A DNA stretch of 64,000 bases, from contig NC_134035.1 of the NCBI RefSeq assembly GCF_964204645.1, positions 13,912,314-13,976,313 of the forward strand, in the 5' to 3' direction. The notes below the pieces were generated by a model. That model saw only the letters and a list, made by a program, of their open reading frames with translations. It had not been told where the DNA came from and ran no database searches. Shown here in pieces: positions 40,301 to 53,238 of this stretch. The position numbers and the translations under genes are program-made. Numbering within the stretch: the stretch's first letter is position 1; each line of letters opens with the position of its first letter. This stretch comes from Tubulanus polymorphus. Its lineage: Eukaryota; Animalia; Nemertea.

Positions 40301-42936
40301 GGGTTCCCCTCACCCTGCTGAGCTCCACCCATCATATTTTTACTTAGTAAGTTTATTTTCCCTGATTCAGGGGTAGTGAAGTCAGTAGCTCAGTGAGATA
40401 AGGCGTGATGCTAATGCATCCACTATCAGTGCCGAGTGACAAATGGGTTCGAGTCCTGCCGGCTGTGAACAGTGTGCGGGCAACACAAAGTCACAAAGTC
40501 CGCCGTCCCGTCGTGAGGTTAAATGAATAATCCAATAGGGGTTAGTCTTGGGAAGATCCAAACAAGAAGCATTGACTCTGCGTCTGGCTATTGAACCTGA
40601 ATTGATGAGATCAGCGACTGATGGTTTATGTTTCTCAGAATCATTACCTGTTTTTACGTTTCATGTTTATCGCCGACAGGAAATCGATCACAAATTGAGT
40701 TTTTTCCTCCGTCGTTTGTCCGAATACATCTTCATCATCGGAGCTCGGTAACGCTGACCTAGTTACACCAAACCCTACAATCATAATACAACTCTAATCA
40801 TCGGAGCTCGGTAACACTGACCTAGTTACACCAAACCCTACAATCATAATACAACTCTAATCATCGGAGCTCGGTAACGCTGACCTAGTTACACCAAACC
40901 CTACAATCATAATACAACTCTAATCATCGGAGCTCGGTAACGCTGACCTAGTTACACCGAACCCTACAATCATAATACAACTCTAATCATCGGAGCTCGG
41001 TAACGCTGACCTAGTTACACCGAACCCTACAATCATAATACAACTCTAATCATCGGAGCTCGGTAACACTGACCTAGTTACACCAAACCCTACAATCATA
41101 ATACAACTCTAATCATCGGAGCTCGGTAACACTGACCTAGTTACACCAAACCCTACAATCATAATACAACTCTAATCATCGGAGCTCGGTAACGCTGACC
41201 TAGTTACACCAAACCCTACAATCATAATACAACTCTAATCATCGGAGCTCGGTAACACTGACCTAGTTACACCAAACCCTACAATCATAATACAACTCTA
41301 ATCATCGGAGCTCGGTAACGCTGACCTAGTTACACCAAACCCTACAATCATAATACAACTCTAATCATCGGAGCTCGGTAACGCTGACCTAGTTACACCA
41401 AACCCTACAATCATAATACAACTCTAATCATCGGAGCTCGGTAACGCTGACCTAGTTACACCAAACCCTACAATCATAATACAACTCTAATCATCGGAGC
41501 TCGGTAACGCTGACCTAGTTACACCAAACCCTACAATCATAATACAACTCTAATCATCGGAGCTCGGTAACGCTGACCTAGTTACACCGAACCCTACAAT
41601 CATAATACAACTCTAATCATCGGAGCTCGGTAACGCTGACCTAGTTACACCGAACCCTACAATCATAATACAACTCTAATCATCGGAGCTCGGTAACACT
41701 GACCTAGTTACACCAAACCCTACAATCATAATACAACTCTAATCATCGGAGCTCGGTAACGCTGACCTAGTTACACCAAACCCTACAATCATAATACAAC
41801 TCTAATCATCGGAGCTCGGTAACGCTGACCTAGTTACACCAAACCCTACAATCATAATACAACTCTAATCATCGGAGCTCGGTAACGCTGACCTAGTTAC
41901 ACCAAACCCTACAATCATAATACAACTCTAATCATCGGAGCTCGGTAACGCTGACCTAGTTACACCGAACCCTACAATCATAATACAACTCTAATCATCG
42001 GAGCTCGGTAACGCTGACCTAGTTACACCGAACCCTACAATCATAATACAACTCTAATCATCGGAGCTCGGTAACGCTGACCTAGTTACACCAAACCCTA
42101 CAATCATAATACAACTCTAATCATCGGAGCTCGGTAACGCTGACCTAGTTACACCAAACCCTACAATCATAATACAACTCTAATCATCGGAGCTCGGTAA
42201 CGCTGACCTAGTTACACCAAACCCTACAATCATAATACAACTCTAATCATCGGAGCTCGGTAACGCTGACCTAGTTACACCAAACCCTACAATCATAATA
42301 CAACTCTAATCATTGATTTACCCATCCTTGCTTGCCAGGGTTTGACACACGCCAACACAAACCCTGGCCGCCGAGTTAAACCTAATATGACACCAACAAT
42401 GATGACAATAGTATCCTAGCAACACCAAATACAGTGGAGCAAACCTGACCTGGAAAGTTGACGGCAATAACTCGAACTCCTCGGTCGACGAGCGGAGATA
42501 TCAGAGGTAGGAAATCTCTATGGGAACCGGGAGTTCCGTGTAACAATAGAACAGTCGGCCCGTAGTGAACGGTACCCAGGGGTTTAGTATCGATGTAACC
42601 GACGCTGAATTTCATTCCGTCTAATTTCTCCAGCCACAATGAATCACATGTATCGACTAATGCGTATTGAATCGGCCAATCACGGCACTCCGGTGCCTGT
42701 CCGATCTCTATCTTTACACTCCGTTCAACCGCGACGGGTTCAGACGACGACTTCCAGAATTTACTGAAAAATCCTCCACCGAAATGTCTACTGCAGAGCA
42801 GCGCCCGACTGCTGTTAGGGCACAGACCGGGCGCGCCCCAGGGCAGCGACCCCCCTCCGACTGGAAATGTCTTGTAAGTTTTCTGTAGTGATTTTCGACA
42901 TAAAAATCGAGTTGTTCTGGATAAATATTGGGCCAT
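37301..42936 (-). CDS. Alpha/beta-hydrolase fold protein, DUF1057-like, with probable mitochondrial presequence
   Basis: Exons 42450-42936 (TVLLLHGTPGSHRDF..RVIAVNFPG), 40648-40774 (FGVT..EEKTQFVIDFL), 39722-39847 (MIVGQGTAS..LTLISP), 39216-39393, 38649-38820 (VLAVYSLNDP), 37301-37524 (FTEGGHYPQ..stop). Phases are consistent. The motifs resemble DUF1057 HGSPGSH..INYPGFG as recalled. Confidence 0.85.
37565..38275. repeat. 22-bp minisatellite (GCACACCCTCAGCCTGTAGCCT), intronic
   Basis: Directly visible, roughly 30 copies. Confidence 0.93.
39900..40330. repeat. 45-bp minisatellite (GGATATTCATTAGGGGGTTCCCCTCAACCCGCTGAGCTCCACTCA), ~9 copies, intronic
   Basis: Lies between exons 40648-40774 and 39722-39847. 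One copy has an in-frame stop in the apparent ORF. Confidence 0.9.
40382..40466 (+). mobile_element. tRNA-derived (SINE-like) head
   Basis: A-box-like TAGCTCAGTGAG (40386) and B-box GGTTCGAGTCC (40446). No clean cloverleaf. Confidence 0.45.
40736..42313. repeat. 63-bp minisatellite (~25 copies) spanning the hydrolase exon-2 3' splice site
   Basis: Minus-strand unit ...TAGAGTTGTATTATGATTGTAG|GGTTTGGTGTAACTAGGTCAGCGTTACCGAGCTCCGATGAT. Confidence 0.97.
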
Positions 42937-43480
42937 TATTGGTTTTGAATTGTCTCCTCGAGTAGTTTTTACAACATCAGTTGATTTATTAACGTTTTAT
43001 TCCGTGTATCGCGTTCCGGGGCATCTTCTTCAATGAACACCAATTCAATTCAATTTGACCGGCTCGTGCTGCCGCCTAGCGGCATCCGCATTAAACCGTG
43101 ACGACGTTTCTCGGCTATACTTAGCACGACTGTGGATCCAAAATGGCGTCTTATTCTCGGTTCACTTCAAAATAATGAGAATTTTGATACGAAATGTGAG
43201 TTTTGAGGCGAATAGAAAAGTGTAACAGCAGCGAAATACACAGCACTAGATACCTGCAGTAGTTCACACCAGTTATAGTAAAATAGTTTATTGTAAAATA
43301 CTGATTTATTACTATTTATTACAGATTCATTTTCATCCCTCGCAGAAGATTTGTTTGTTCCTCTCTCTCTCCAGTCTCCTGCTGACTCTGCTGACTCAAG
43401 AAGAATAAGATTCAAACGTTGACTCATCATCAAAGATTCCTCTATTTCATTCACTGCTGCTGCTGCTGCTGGTTGAAAAG

Positions 43481-46400
43481 ATGAAGTGTTCAACATTTAG
43501 ATGCGCTATCGCTTGTTTTATAACATTCAATGTTATATTCTGGGTAAGTATCAGTATCAGTCAGTGTTGTTAGTTTACCTTTCAGTTCCCTGCAGCAGCA
43601 GCAGTTACAGTATGATGATGTTGTTTTTATGATTGTAGCTGATGGGCTGTGGTTTAGTAACTATGGGTATATATCTACACGTCAATAAAGGCCCGTATAT
43701 GAGCGCCCTAGCGCCCGGGTTTAACTATCTCAGCGCCTCCACTATCATTCTCACTGCTGGTCTATTCAGTTTAATTATTGGATTCGTCGCTTGTTGTGGA
43801 GTTTTAGCAGACAGTAAATGTATGATGATGACAGTAAGTGAAACCTCTATATTTACCTCTTACTCCCTAACCTCCCTTACCTCTTACTCCCTAACCTCCT
43901 CACCTCTTACTCCCTAACCTCTTACTCCCTTACCTCTTACTCCCTCACCTCTTACTCTCTGACCTCCCTCACCTCTTACTCCCTGACCTCCCACACCTTA
44001 CTCCCTGACCTCTAACCTCCCACGCCTTACTCCCTGACCTCTAACCTCTGACCTGCCATACCTCTTACTCCCTGACCTCTGACCTGCCATACCTCTTACT
44101 CCCTGACCTCTGACCTGCCATACCTCTTACTCCCTGACCTCTGACCTGCCATACCTCTTACTCCCTGACCTCTGACCTGCCATACCTCTTACTCCCTGAC
44201 CTCTGACCTGCCATACCTCTTACTCCCTGACCTCTGACCTGCCATACCTCTTACTCCCTGACCTCTGACCTGCCATACCTCTTACTCCCTGACCTCTGAC
44301 CTGCCATACCTCTTACTTCCTAACCTCTAATCTCCTGCACCTCTGACATCTGACCTCCCACACCTCTTACTCTCTGACCTCCCACACCTCTTACTCCCTG
44401 ACCTCTAACCTCTGACCTGCCATACCTCTTACTCCCTGACCTCTGACCTGCCATACCTCTTACTCCCTAACCTCTTACTCTCTGACCTCCCTCACCTCTT
44501 ACTCCTTGACCTCCCACACCTCTTACTCCCTGACCTCTGACCTGCCATACCTCTTACTCCCTAACCTCTTACTCTCTGACCTCCCTCACCTCTTACTCTC
44601 TGACCTCCCACACCTCTTACTCCCTGACCTCTGACTTGCCATACCTCTTACTCCCTCACCTCGTATCTCCTGCAGCTCTTACTCTCTGACCTCCCACACC
44701 TCTTACACTCTGACCTCCCACACCTCTGACTCCCTGACATCTAACCTCTCTCCTCTGACCTGACCTGCGACACCTGAACACCATCTCCAATCTGATGTTA
44801 AGGACCTCCTCTCAAGCCTCATCTCCCTCTCTCCGAAATTCACTAATAGTTTGAATATATTTAGAACTGATATGATTGAATATATTTGTTTTGTATTTCA
44901 GTATTTTCTGATCGTTTCTATTTGTATCATATTGGAAGTAATTTCTGGAGTTTTGGGCTTTGTTTACAGATATCAGGTCAGTTAAACTACATTTCACACG
45001 ATGTTTTATCATCAATGTTGACAATTAACTGTAAATCTTTCAAATCAAGTTGATTTCTGATTACTAATTACTGACTGTTTACTGATAACTGATTACTAAT
45101 AACTGACTGTTTACTGATAACTGATTACTAATTACTGACTGATTACTGATTTTTCAGATTGAGAATTTAGTGAGTAAAGAACTAAAGTACAGCATACACA
45201 CAATCTACCCGGCAGATCGACACAATGATTACAATGGATTACGAGGAATGTGGACTGATATTCAAACATCGGTAATTCATGCACGCCATCTATCTCTCTA
45301 CTACCCTATACGCAATCTTTTGTTTATACTCTCAACAGTCGATCGGTCGGTTGTTTGATCTCTGGTTGAAATGGTTTAATTAATTAATGTATTACAGTTG
45401 AAATGGTTTAATTATTGTATTACAGTTGAAATGGTTTAATTATTGTATTACAGTTGAAATGGTTTAATTAATGTATTACAGTTGAAATGGTTTAATTATT
45501 GTATTACAGTTGAAATGGTTTAATTATTGTATTACAGTTGAAATGGTTTAATTATTGTATTACAGTTGAAATGGTTTAATTAATGTATTACAGTTGAAAT
45601 GGTTTAATTATTGTATTACAGTTGAAATGGTTTAATTAATGTATTACAGTTGAAATGGTTTAATTAATGTATTACAGTTGAAATGGTTTAATTAATGTAT
45701 TACAGTTGAAATGGTTTAATTATTGTATTACAGTTGAAATGGTTTCATTAATGTATTACAGTTGAAATGGTTTAATTATTGTATTACAGTTGAAATGTTG
45801 TGGTGTGAAGTCATATAAAGACTGGTATAATATAAACGCATGGCCCGGTAAGAAATTCGTACCTGATTCATGTTGTACATACGATCATTTAAACAAAGGA
45901 TGCGGTCGCAATGGAGACAGCAGAGATTGGTATAAAAAGGTATAAAATCACTCGAATTTCACATTCACGGCTCTTACAAAACATGTTTCAATAAATCTAT
46001 GTTTGATTTCAGCCTTGTTTGGATGAGATTGTCTACTGGGTTTCTAAACATCTCTATATTATTGGATTATTGAGTGTCACCTTTTTATCGGTGCAGGTAA
46101 GAATTCTCTACTCTCGTCCTCCGGGTCTAGTGTTTATACAGAATGAAACTATTGCATTGAGTTTCCCGATTATTGTTCAATAATTGATTCCCCAGCGCTC
46201 TGTTATCGCTATGACGATCACTTGCCAGGGTTGGTGTTTATTTTATATTTCAGTTAGTGGGTGTTTCCATCTCGCTCATTTTGTATTTCCATTATAAACG
46301 CAAACGAAGGAATCGTAGGAGGTAAGGTGGTCGAGGAGGAGCTGGTCAAACAGGGCAATCATCTCCAGGAAACAGGTCGATTAATACCAGAAAACAGGTC

Positions 46401-47116
46401 GATTAATTTTTGGAAACAGGTCGATCAGTTCTAGGAACAGGTCGATTAATTCCAGGAAACAGGTCAAGCATTTAGTGCTTACACCTCCGGAAGAGACTTT
46501 TGAAATTAAGGGGATTAAAATCTCTGAAATTGTGACATTTTTTGCGATGGTGAAATTAATGATTGTTAAGTATTGTTTGTTGTTTCAATTCTGTTTGACG
46601 AGTTGTGAACTCATGAATGTGAGTTATAAACTCATGAATATGAGTTATAAACTCATGAATGTGAGTTATAAACTCATGATTATGAGTTGTAAACTCATGA
46701 ATATTGTGTAAATTCTCTCTGATCTCATATAGCACACACATACAGTGAGATAGACTACTGTTCAACTTTTTCTGACCATAAATATGAAATATTTCACATC
46801 TTAGTTGGACAAATATTCATAGAACGCAGTTTACTGTATGTAGTGTAAACCTCACATGCCACTGTACGTGCTCAGTTTACTGTCTGTAGTGTAAACCTCA
46901 CATGCCACTGTATGTGCTGCAGTGAATTTATGTAAATTCTTCGTTGCTCAAATTAATCTGAAAATTCATTAATCAAAACCTGTAATAGCTTAAAATAGTT
47001 AATAGCAGTGTATAACTAATAATACGTGTTTAGAATTAGTTAATTATTTAACTATTGTGTAGTTATTTCACAGGCAACTCTACTACACTGTGGATCCTTC
47101 CACATGTGGCAAGTGA
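43481..47116 (+). CDS. Tetraspanin (TSPAN4/9/CD151-like)
   Basis: Exons 43481-43543 (FITFNVIFW), 43639-43833 (GFVACCGV), 44902-44976, 45158-45271, 45790-45939 (LKCCG..DW..VPDSCC), 46013-46096, 46254-46321. The gene then either reads through to TAA at 46323-46325 or splices to exon 47074-47116. Four TM segments and the CCG motif are present. Confidence 0.9.
43850..44765. repeat. ~31-bp pyrimidine-rich minisatellite (ACCTCTTACTCCCTGACCTCTGACCTGCCAT), tetraspanin intron
   Basis: Directly visible. Confidence 0.9.
45366..45797. repeat. 28-bp minisatellite (~15 copies) spanning the tetraspanin exon-5 3' splice site
   Basis: Unit GTTTAATTA(T/A)TGTATTACAG|TTGAAATG. The final copy continues TTG AAA TGT TGT GGT (LKCCG). 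Confidence 0.95.
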
Positions 47117-48589
47117 CGATCCACTAGGTGTCGCTAGTAGTAAGTCAATCTCCAGTTGGAGAATTTATTGCGGTCACATATTTTACGTTAGTCAGATTGT
47201 TATATACACTATTTTTAGCTGATTAATTATTCTCAGGGTGACGGAAAAAACAACAACAAACGGCATTTACTGAATATAAACATTCTTTACAATTTACATT
47301 GTATATGTAACTATAGTTACAACGTAGCTACTTCTATCCATCGCGCATTAACTACTTTATATACAATGTATTTTATATTTAAACATATTTTTATACTTTA
47401 TTTATGATAATACTATACACGATGTCGATGGAGGTGTGATTTATTGCTATATTTGTAATAATGTTCTCTGCTTTTATCTCGTAAAATCTCAAGCATTTCG
47501 TTTCTCGTATTTACACCCATTCCATCTCGATTTCTGAAACATTGATAAAAACATCTTATCTCCGAAATTCTTTGATATTTTTTCCGATTTTTTTAATCGT
47601 CTGATTACGATATATTTTTATTGTTCTTCACGCGTAGAAATTTCTTTGTGTTTGTTTTAATTGTGCAATAAAAATATAAACTGAATGTATTAAAAAATAA
47701 ACAATAAGTTTCTAGTGTTATTTTACTCCGAGAGAGGGCGCCACGGGTGTTTGTATTCTTCATTGATGATTTCTCGCCGAAGGAACAAAGTGGAATTAGC
47801 TATGACTATGTTTTTTTGATGAAAAAATTATCATTTGGAAAATGTCTATGAATTCATTCTGTTTTTAATAACTAATTAGTTGGAAACAAAAGTTTTTGCT
47901 AAACGATTATGTTACCTAAGATATGGAAATATTACTAAGAATTCATTACGGATCTGTAAGCATTATGGTTCATTAGAATTAGGCGCTTACAGTGGTCCTA
48001 ATTGTACGTTAAGGAATAATAAGGAAATTTAAATTCCGGCGCTGAAAATACACAACTATTTTAGTTCACAGAAATTCCGCTAACGTAATTCATAGGGGCA
48101 GCACTATACGGTTGAGATCTAACCCAGCCTCGCCATTTTACTGTGGCATGCGAGTAATATAGATAATTTTCAAGTTAAATTTCATTCATTACACAATATT
48201 TGTTTGCTTTGAATAGATGATTTTGACAACGACCAATCTTTATTGGAGGAGAACTTGCTTATGAAGTCAAATTTTAACCCATTTCTGATCGAACTCTTTG
48301 CTTAGCGGAATGTACTACCGTACGGTAATGCGGCACATTCGCATGCCATAGGAAGCAATCAGAGCAAATTAAATTTTATTGTTCATGATAAGATAAAAAC
48401 CCACTATTTACAAATTAAAAGAAATCTAAAATCGAGAATTTATTAATTGAAACAAATCTAAAATATAAGAACACAACGTTTCGATCATCGTCAGGTGTGA
48501 CGCACTTTCCTCGGATCTCAGCAAATGAATTACACTTGTCAGACACGTTTCTCCCAGAATTCAGTTGATTGTCACGTGCTTTGGCTTTT

Positions 48590-48888
48590 CAGCGGCGGAT
48601 CCAGGGGGTGCACAGGGGGCACGTGCACCCCCCCTTAAGTCCTCGCTGATTTTTTTTTTCGTGAGAACGAAGACAAGCTTGTGAAAAATCCCTGAAAATG
48701 CGTAAACTGATGTCGTTGTTCACAATGACCAGAACACTATTTTACGGCAGTCTTACATCATCATGTCGTTTCATACTCTAATCGTGCGCAGAACGCGTCT
48801 CCACGCATCTAATTTAAAAACTTTTACCCTAGACCCCCTACTTGGATTTGTGCACCCCCCACCCCATGGAATCCTGGATCCGCCGCTG
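48590..48888. mobile_element. 299-bp non-autonomous DNA transposon (hAT-like MITE)
   Basis: Perfect 16-bp TIRs CAGCGGCGGATCCAGG / CCTGGATCCGCCGCTG, flanking 5-bp direct repeat CTTTT, and subterminal GTGCACCCCCC motifs. Confidence 0.75.
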
Positions 48889-49579
48889 CTTTTTATCATT
48901 TTGATCAAATACTGACCAAAAGTGACTCGTGAATTCAGTGCCTTTGAAAATATTTTTTCTAAAAAAAGGAACAACCGGCCCCGGGTCTGAAAAGTCCAGC
49001 GTGGGCGCATTACGCCCAGGTGGAGTTAAATATGATACTTTTTGAATCGGTCCTGGAAGTCTTCATTCGATTTTTCTCTGAAACTTGGTTTGTCGTAGTG
49101 TGGGGAACAGGGGTTTGATTGCCTCCAGCCGTTCCAGCTGCCGGTCACTTGCCAGGAATGGACTAAACCATGATAAGAGCCGGAGGGGCACTTAAGAGCC
49201 GTGATAATTGATCTACTGCCTTTTACCTGAAGCCAGAGTTTTTCCACACACTGTTGCCTATATGGATCATGGATGAAGTTAATTTGTAAATATGGCAGAT
49301 ATCCAAGAAGGATAATTACCAGTAGCAGCCCTTCCAGAATCCTCGCTTGCCAGGGTTTGATTTCCTCCAGCCTTTTTTGCTGTCGGTCACTTGCTTCGCA
49401 CGATATTAACATTGTCTTCACGAGATAGCGCCGCAGAATAGAGAATGGTCATTCGATTGTTTGAATGATAACTCCAAGGTTTATGACGGGTCAGTTCAGT
49501 GGATTGACCAGTCAGCTGCAAAAAAATCGGATGAAATATCCTCAGCAGCAACACCTTATCGGCCCAAAAATAATCACAA

Positions 49580-49732
49580 TACTAAACCGTAACCCTAGCT
49601 CCACAGTAACCCTAACCCAAGGATAATCGTAACCCTAACCATAGGTCGACAATAAACCCAAACCCTAGCAGGACTCGAACCCCGGACCAGCAGCATGCCA
49701 GCCCAGCATACTCCCCACTAGACCATAGACCA
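49580..49732 (-). mobile_element. tRNA-derived SINE-like element / tRNA pseudogene followed by TAGGGTT-like motifs
   Basis: Minus strand GGTCTATGGTCTAGTGGGGAGTATGCTGGGCTGGCATGCTGCTGGTCCGGGGTTCGAGTCCTGC (A box TGGTCTAGTGG, B box GGTTCGAGTCC), then several GGTTAGGGTT motifs. Confidence 0.5.
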
Positions 49733-50170
49733 GTAGTGATTGAATGAGTTTAAAAGTTTGTCCGGTCAGTGTGGTGACCCGTAGTGACCAGTCAGGTGTG
49801 GTGACTGGTGACCAATCAGGCGTGGTGACTGTTGGCCAGTCAGGTATTGTGACTCACTTATAGCTTCCGCTATGATTTTGTTATTTATCAAAGTTGTCAC
49901 GTTATTTGTAAAACGCGAACATAAAGAAGCAATGAGCATCATTCACAGATAAATAACTTGTTTTATATAAAGTGGGAAATTCCGCTCGGAGATAAACTAG
50001 AGATGTAAATATGTACAGAGCACACACAGGATCACTGAGTGTGATGATAATACATTCATGTTTAAATGTAAATATGATATGTTTGTGTATGATATTGATA
50101 GCTCTCGGGTGGGTTACCCCTGGGTCAGCGCGCCGTTCAGTCTCATATACCTTACAGTCTCCTCGTCACG

Positions 50171-53100
50171 ATGGATGGATTCTTATCATCGATAGAATTC
50201 GGCTTTCATAATTCTGAGGTAAAAATCATCACTTAAACTAAAAGTTACTAATTCTTGAATGTTCAATACTTGTTATACAGGACCCTGAAGATCCATGAAG
50301 TTCCATGAGATTCCACGAGGTTCCACGAGGTTCCACGAGGTTCCACGAGGTCCCATGAGGTTCCACGAGGTTCCATGAGATTCCACGAGGTTCCACGAGG
50401 TTCCACGAGGTTCCACGAGATTCCACGAGGTTCCACGAGGTTCCACGAGTTCTCGTTTGAACCTTAAAAATCAGATCATTTCCAATGTTTTAATTCTGGA
50501 GTTGAAATGTCACACTGAACTGTGGTAGCCTAGCTACTGGGCCCAGAACTGTGAAACTAGATCCACCTAATCTAGAGATCTGTGGATCGAGGTTTTGAAC
50601 TGTGTTACTGAGTCCTGTTTTAGTTTTAACGATCTATTTTCATTTTTCCATTTTTCGGCCACTAAAACAGAAAACTGTACTTGAAGAAACGAGCAGTTTG
50701 CTGATGACAACTAGCAGTAAGTGTAACCCTTCGGTCGACCAGTTCACAATGAAACTAAATTCACATATCTAAATGAGCAGAAACGATCAAGTCTTATGTT
50801 AGATTTTGTTAGATTGGTCTTATTGATTGTTCTATGTTGCTAGGCAATGATTGCAGTAACACAGCTAAAAAACATCGAATCAAAGTGAAAACCGTGACAC
50901 GTGACAAACAGCGACTGATTCCTGATTGGTTTAAACTGGAAATAAAACCGTTTTTACGATCGACAGTTTTACTGGTGAGTATGTATGCGTCCCTCCCCCC
51001 CTCCGTCAGGGGGGGGGGGGTGCAAATCGATTTTCTTCAAAACACGCACAAAACTTGCTATTTTTATGAAAGTTTAAAAAATGATGTATTCACTAAACTC
51101 TAAACGATTACGATTAAAATGACTAAGACTCGTCTTAACCGCCTTCAAATCATAATAAATATAGCCGCAAAGCAGCGATAACGGAATTTCTACTACAGTC
51201 CAGTGGTGTGTATTCCAGCCTCACGGGCACTTAGCAGGTGAATCCTAAATAGAATAATAACGTATTCAAATTATAATAAATTAACATAAATTATGTATTG
51301 TTTTGTAGGTGATGTATAGTGTAATGATGTACGGATTGATACCTATAAGTATCGCATTCTGCGGACATTTAGGAGTGATCGATTTAGGATCAGTATCACT
51401 CGCTTGTATGGTATTAAATGTATGCGGATTAGGAATAGCGGCCGGACTGACTACCGGCTGTGAGACGCTCTTTTCGCAGGTAAAGTCTCCAGTACTCGGA
51501 ACCCGATTCATTATAAATTCTATATATTATAACGTTATTCAGTGTGTTGTGTATATTTTGTAGGCTTACGGTAACGATAAACCAGTTAAACTCGACTCGT
51601 TATTACAAAGAGCTTTACTCATCATATTGATCACGTGTTTCCCTGTATGGGCGATTCATCTAAACATCTCCAATATTTTACAGTTATTCGGTCAAGATAC
51701 AGAAATCGCCAGGTAGAGATTGCATACATTGCCAGGGCGAGTTCAGGACGGGTCCAGGGGTCTAACCCAAATTATAATAATTTCGTTAGATTTCTGGATC
51801 CGCCTCGTGCTTTTTGATAAGGAATCATTCTGGTTGTTCCTTTTAGACAGGAAAAATACCATTTCTAGAATTTATAGACAGAATTATTGCGCCTTTGAGT
51901 TACAGAAAATACCCTCAGATTTTTCGCAGACAATATTTTAGTCTATGAATTAAAAAAATGAAATACTCCAAATTGTGACAATCACGTGGACTAGATCCGT
52001 GGACATTTACTTGAAATATATTTACGTGTTATTGATGGCTTTGATGTTGTTTTTTTTAACAGTGCGGCTGGTCAATATGTTCTGATGTTTGCCCCGGGGA
52101 TTTTGGTAAGTACAAAATCATAAAAACGAATGATGAATCCATCATATTCCATTTCCATCGATATCACTATTTGTTCTAGACTAACTTGTAAGCAACTGGA
52201 CCCAAGCATAAAATTCACCCAAAATTCTTCTTCAAGAAACAAACAGCTGAAACATGAGCGAACAAACCGTGTTTGTATTTGAATCAGTTTATATCTGTTT
52301 ATTGTAGGCAAATTTTATATTTCAAGTTTTAGGGAAATATTTACAGAATCAGGTAAACAATTAAACAGCAAACATTCGACTTGAATCGTATATCTTATAT
52401 CTACAATCCTAAATCTGATATTGTATATTTATAGAATGTATTGTTACCGTTAGTTATAATCAGTTTATTCGGAAACTTGTTTAATATCGTCTGTCATTAC
52501 GTCGCGCTAAAACTACTACATCTCGGTACCAGGTCAGTCAATCAGCTGATTATATCTTAATATTCATATTTATACAGATATATATCTCATAGATTACATG
52601 TTTTTTGTAATTTCAGCGGTTCAGCTCTATCGATGGTCGCCAGTCACGTGATTATGTTGATAAGTGTCACGTGTTACATGATTTGTAACGGTAAAATTCG
52701 CTCATCTTGGACAGGTAACTACAGGCGCCACCTAGTGGCCGGTCACACTGTTCTAGCCATTGTTATTCTGATTGGTTCTAGTATATCTCGATACAGGCTG
52801 GTCACGTGATTGTCTGATAGATTGGTGTGAGTTTTTGAGATTCTCGTTGCCAAGCGTCATCACGATATTCCTAGAGTTTTTCTGTTTGGAAATTGGATTG
52901 ATATTAGCAGGTAATAAATCACGGTTTATACAATATCCTCTATTTTAGGAATTTAAGTGAAATTAATCTGTATTTTGAGAAAATTTTGAATTTTTTTTTT
53001 GTAAGGAATTCTAAGTGAAGTTGACCTTGCTGCTCAAACCATTATGCAACAGACCAGTTCTTTGTGTTACATGGTAGGTTTTATTCTCAACTCGCGGTGG

Positions 53101-53198
53101 TACTCTAATCAAGCCCCCAAATTAGTTTCTCCGCTAATTCATTGATCTTTATTCGACCATCGTTTTGTGAAACGGGACCCCGTGTAGCTAAGCGAGGT

Positions 53199-53238
<40 letters not shown>

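Noticed and set aside
39848-40335. MNILSGAQRVEGNPL repeat as part of the hydrolase
   Set aside because: It is interrupted by a stop and lies between phase-compatible exons 40648-40774 and 39722-39847.
40382-40466. Functional tRNA genes here and at 49668-49732
   Set aside because: A/B boxes are present but the acceptor and anticodon stems do not pair cleanly, so they are treated as tRNA-derived repeats pending tRNAscan-SE.
40736-42313. Regular repeats (also 27405-27882 and 30455-31200) as CRISPR arrays
   Set aside because: They are head-to-tail units without unique spacers, there are no cas genes, and the context is intron-rich eukaryotic DNA.
49026-49421. 131-aa minus-strand ORF
   Set aside because: No recognisable domain or splice partners, so it cannot be supported as a gene.
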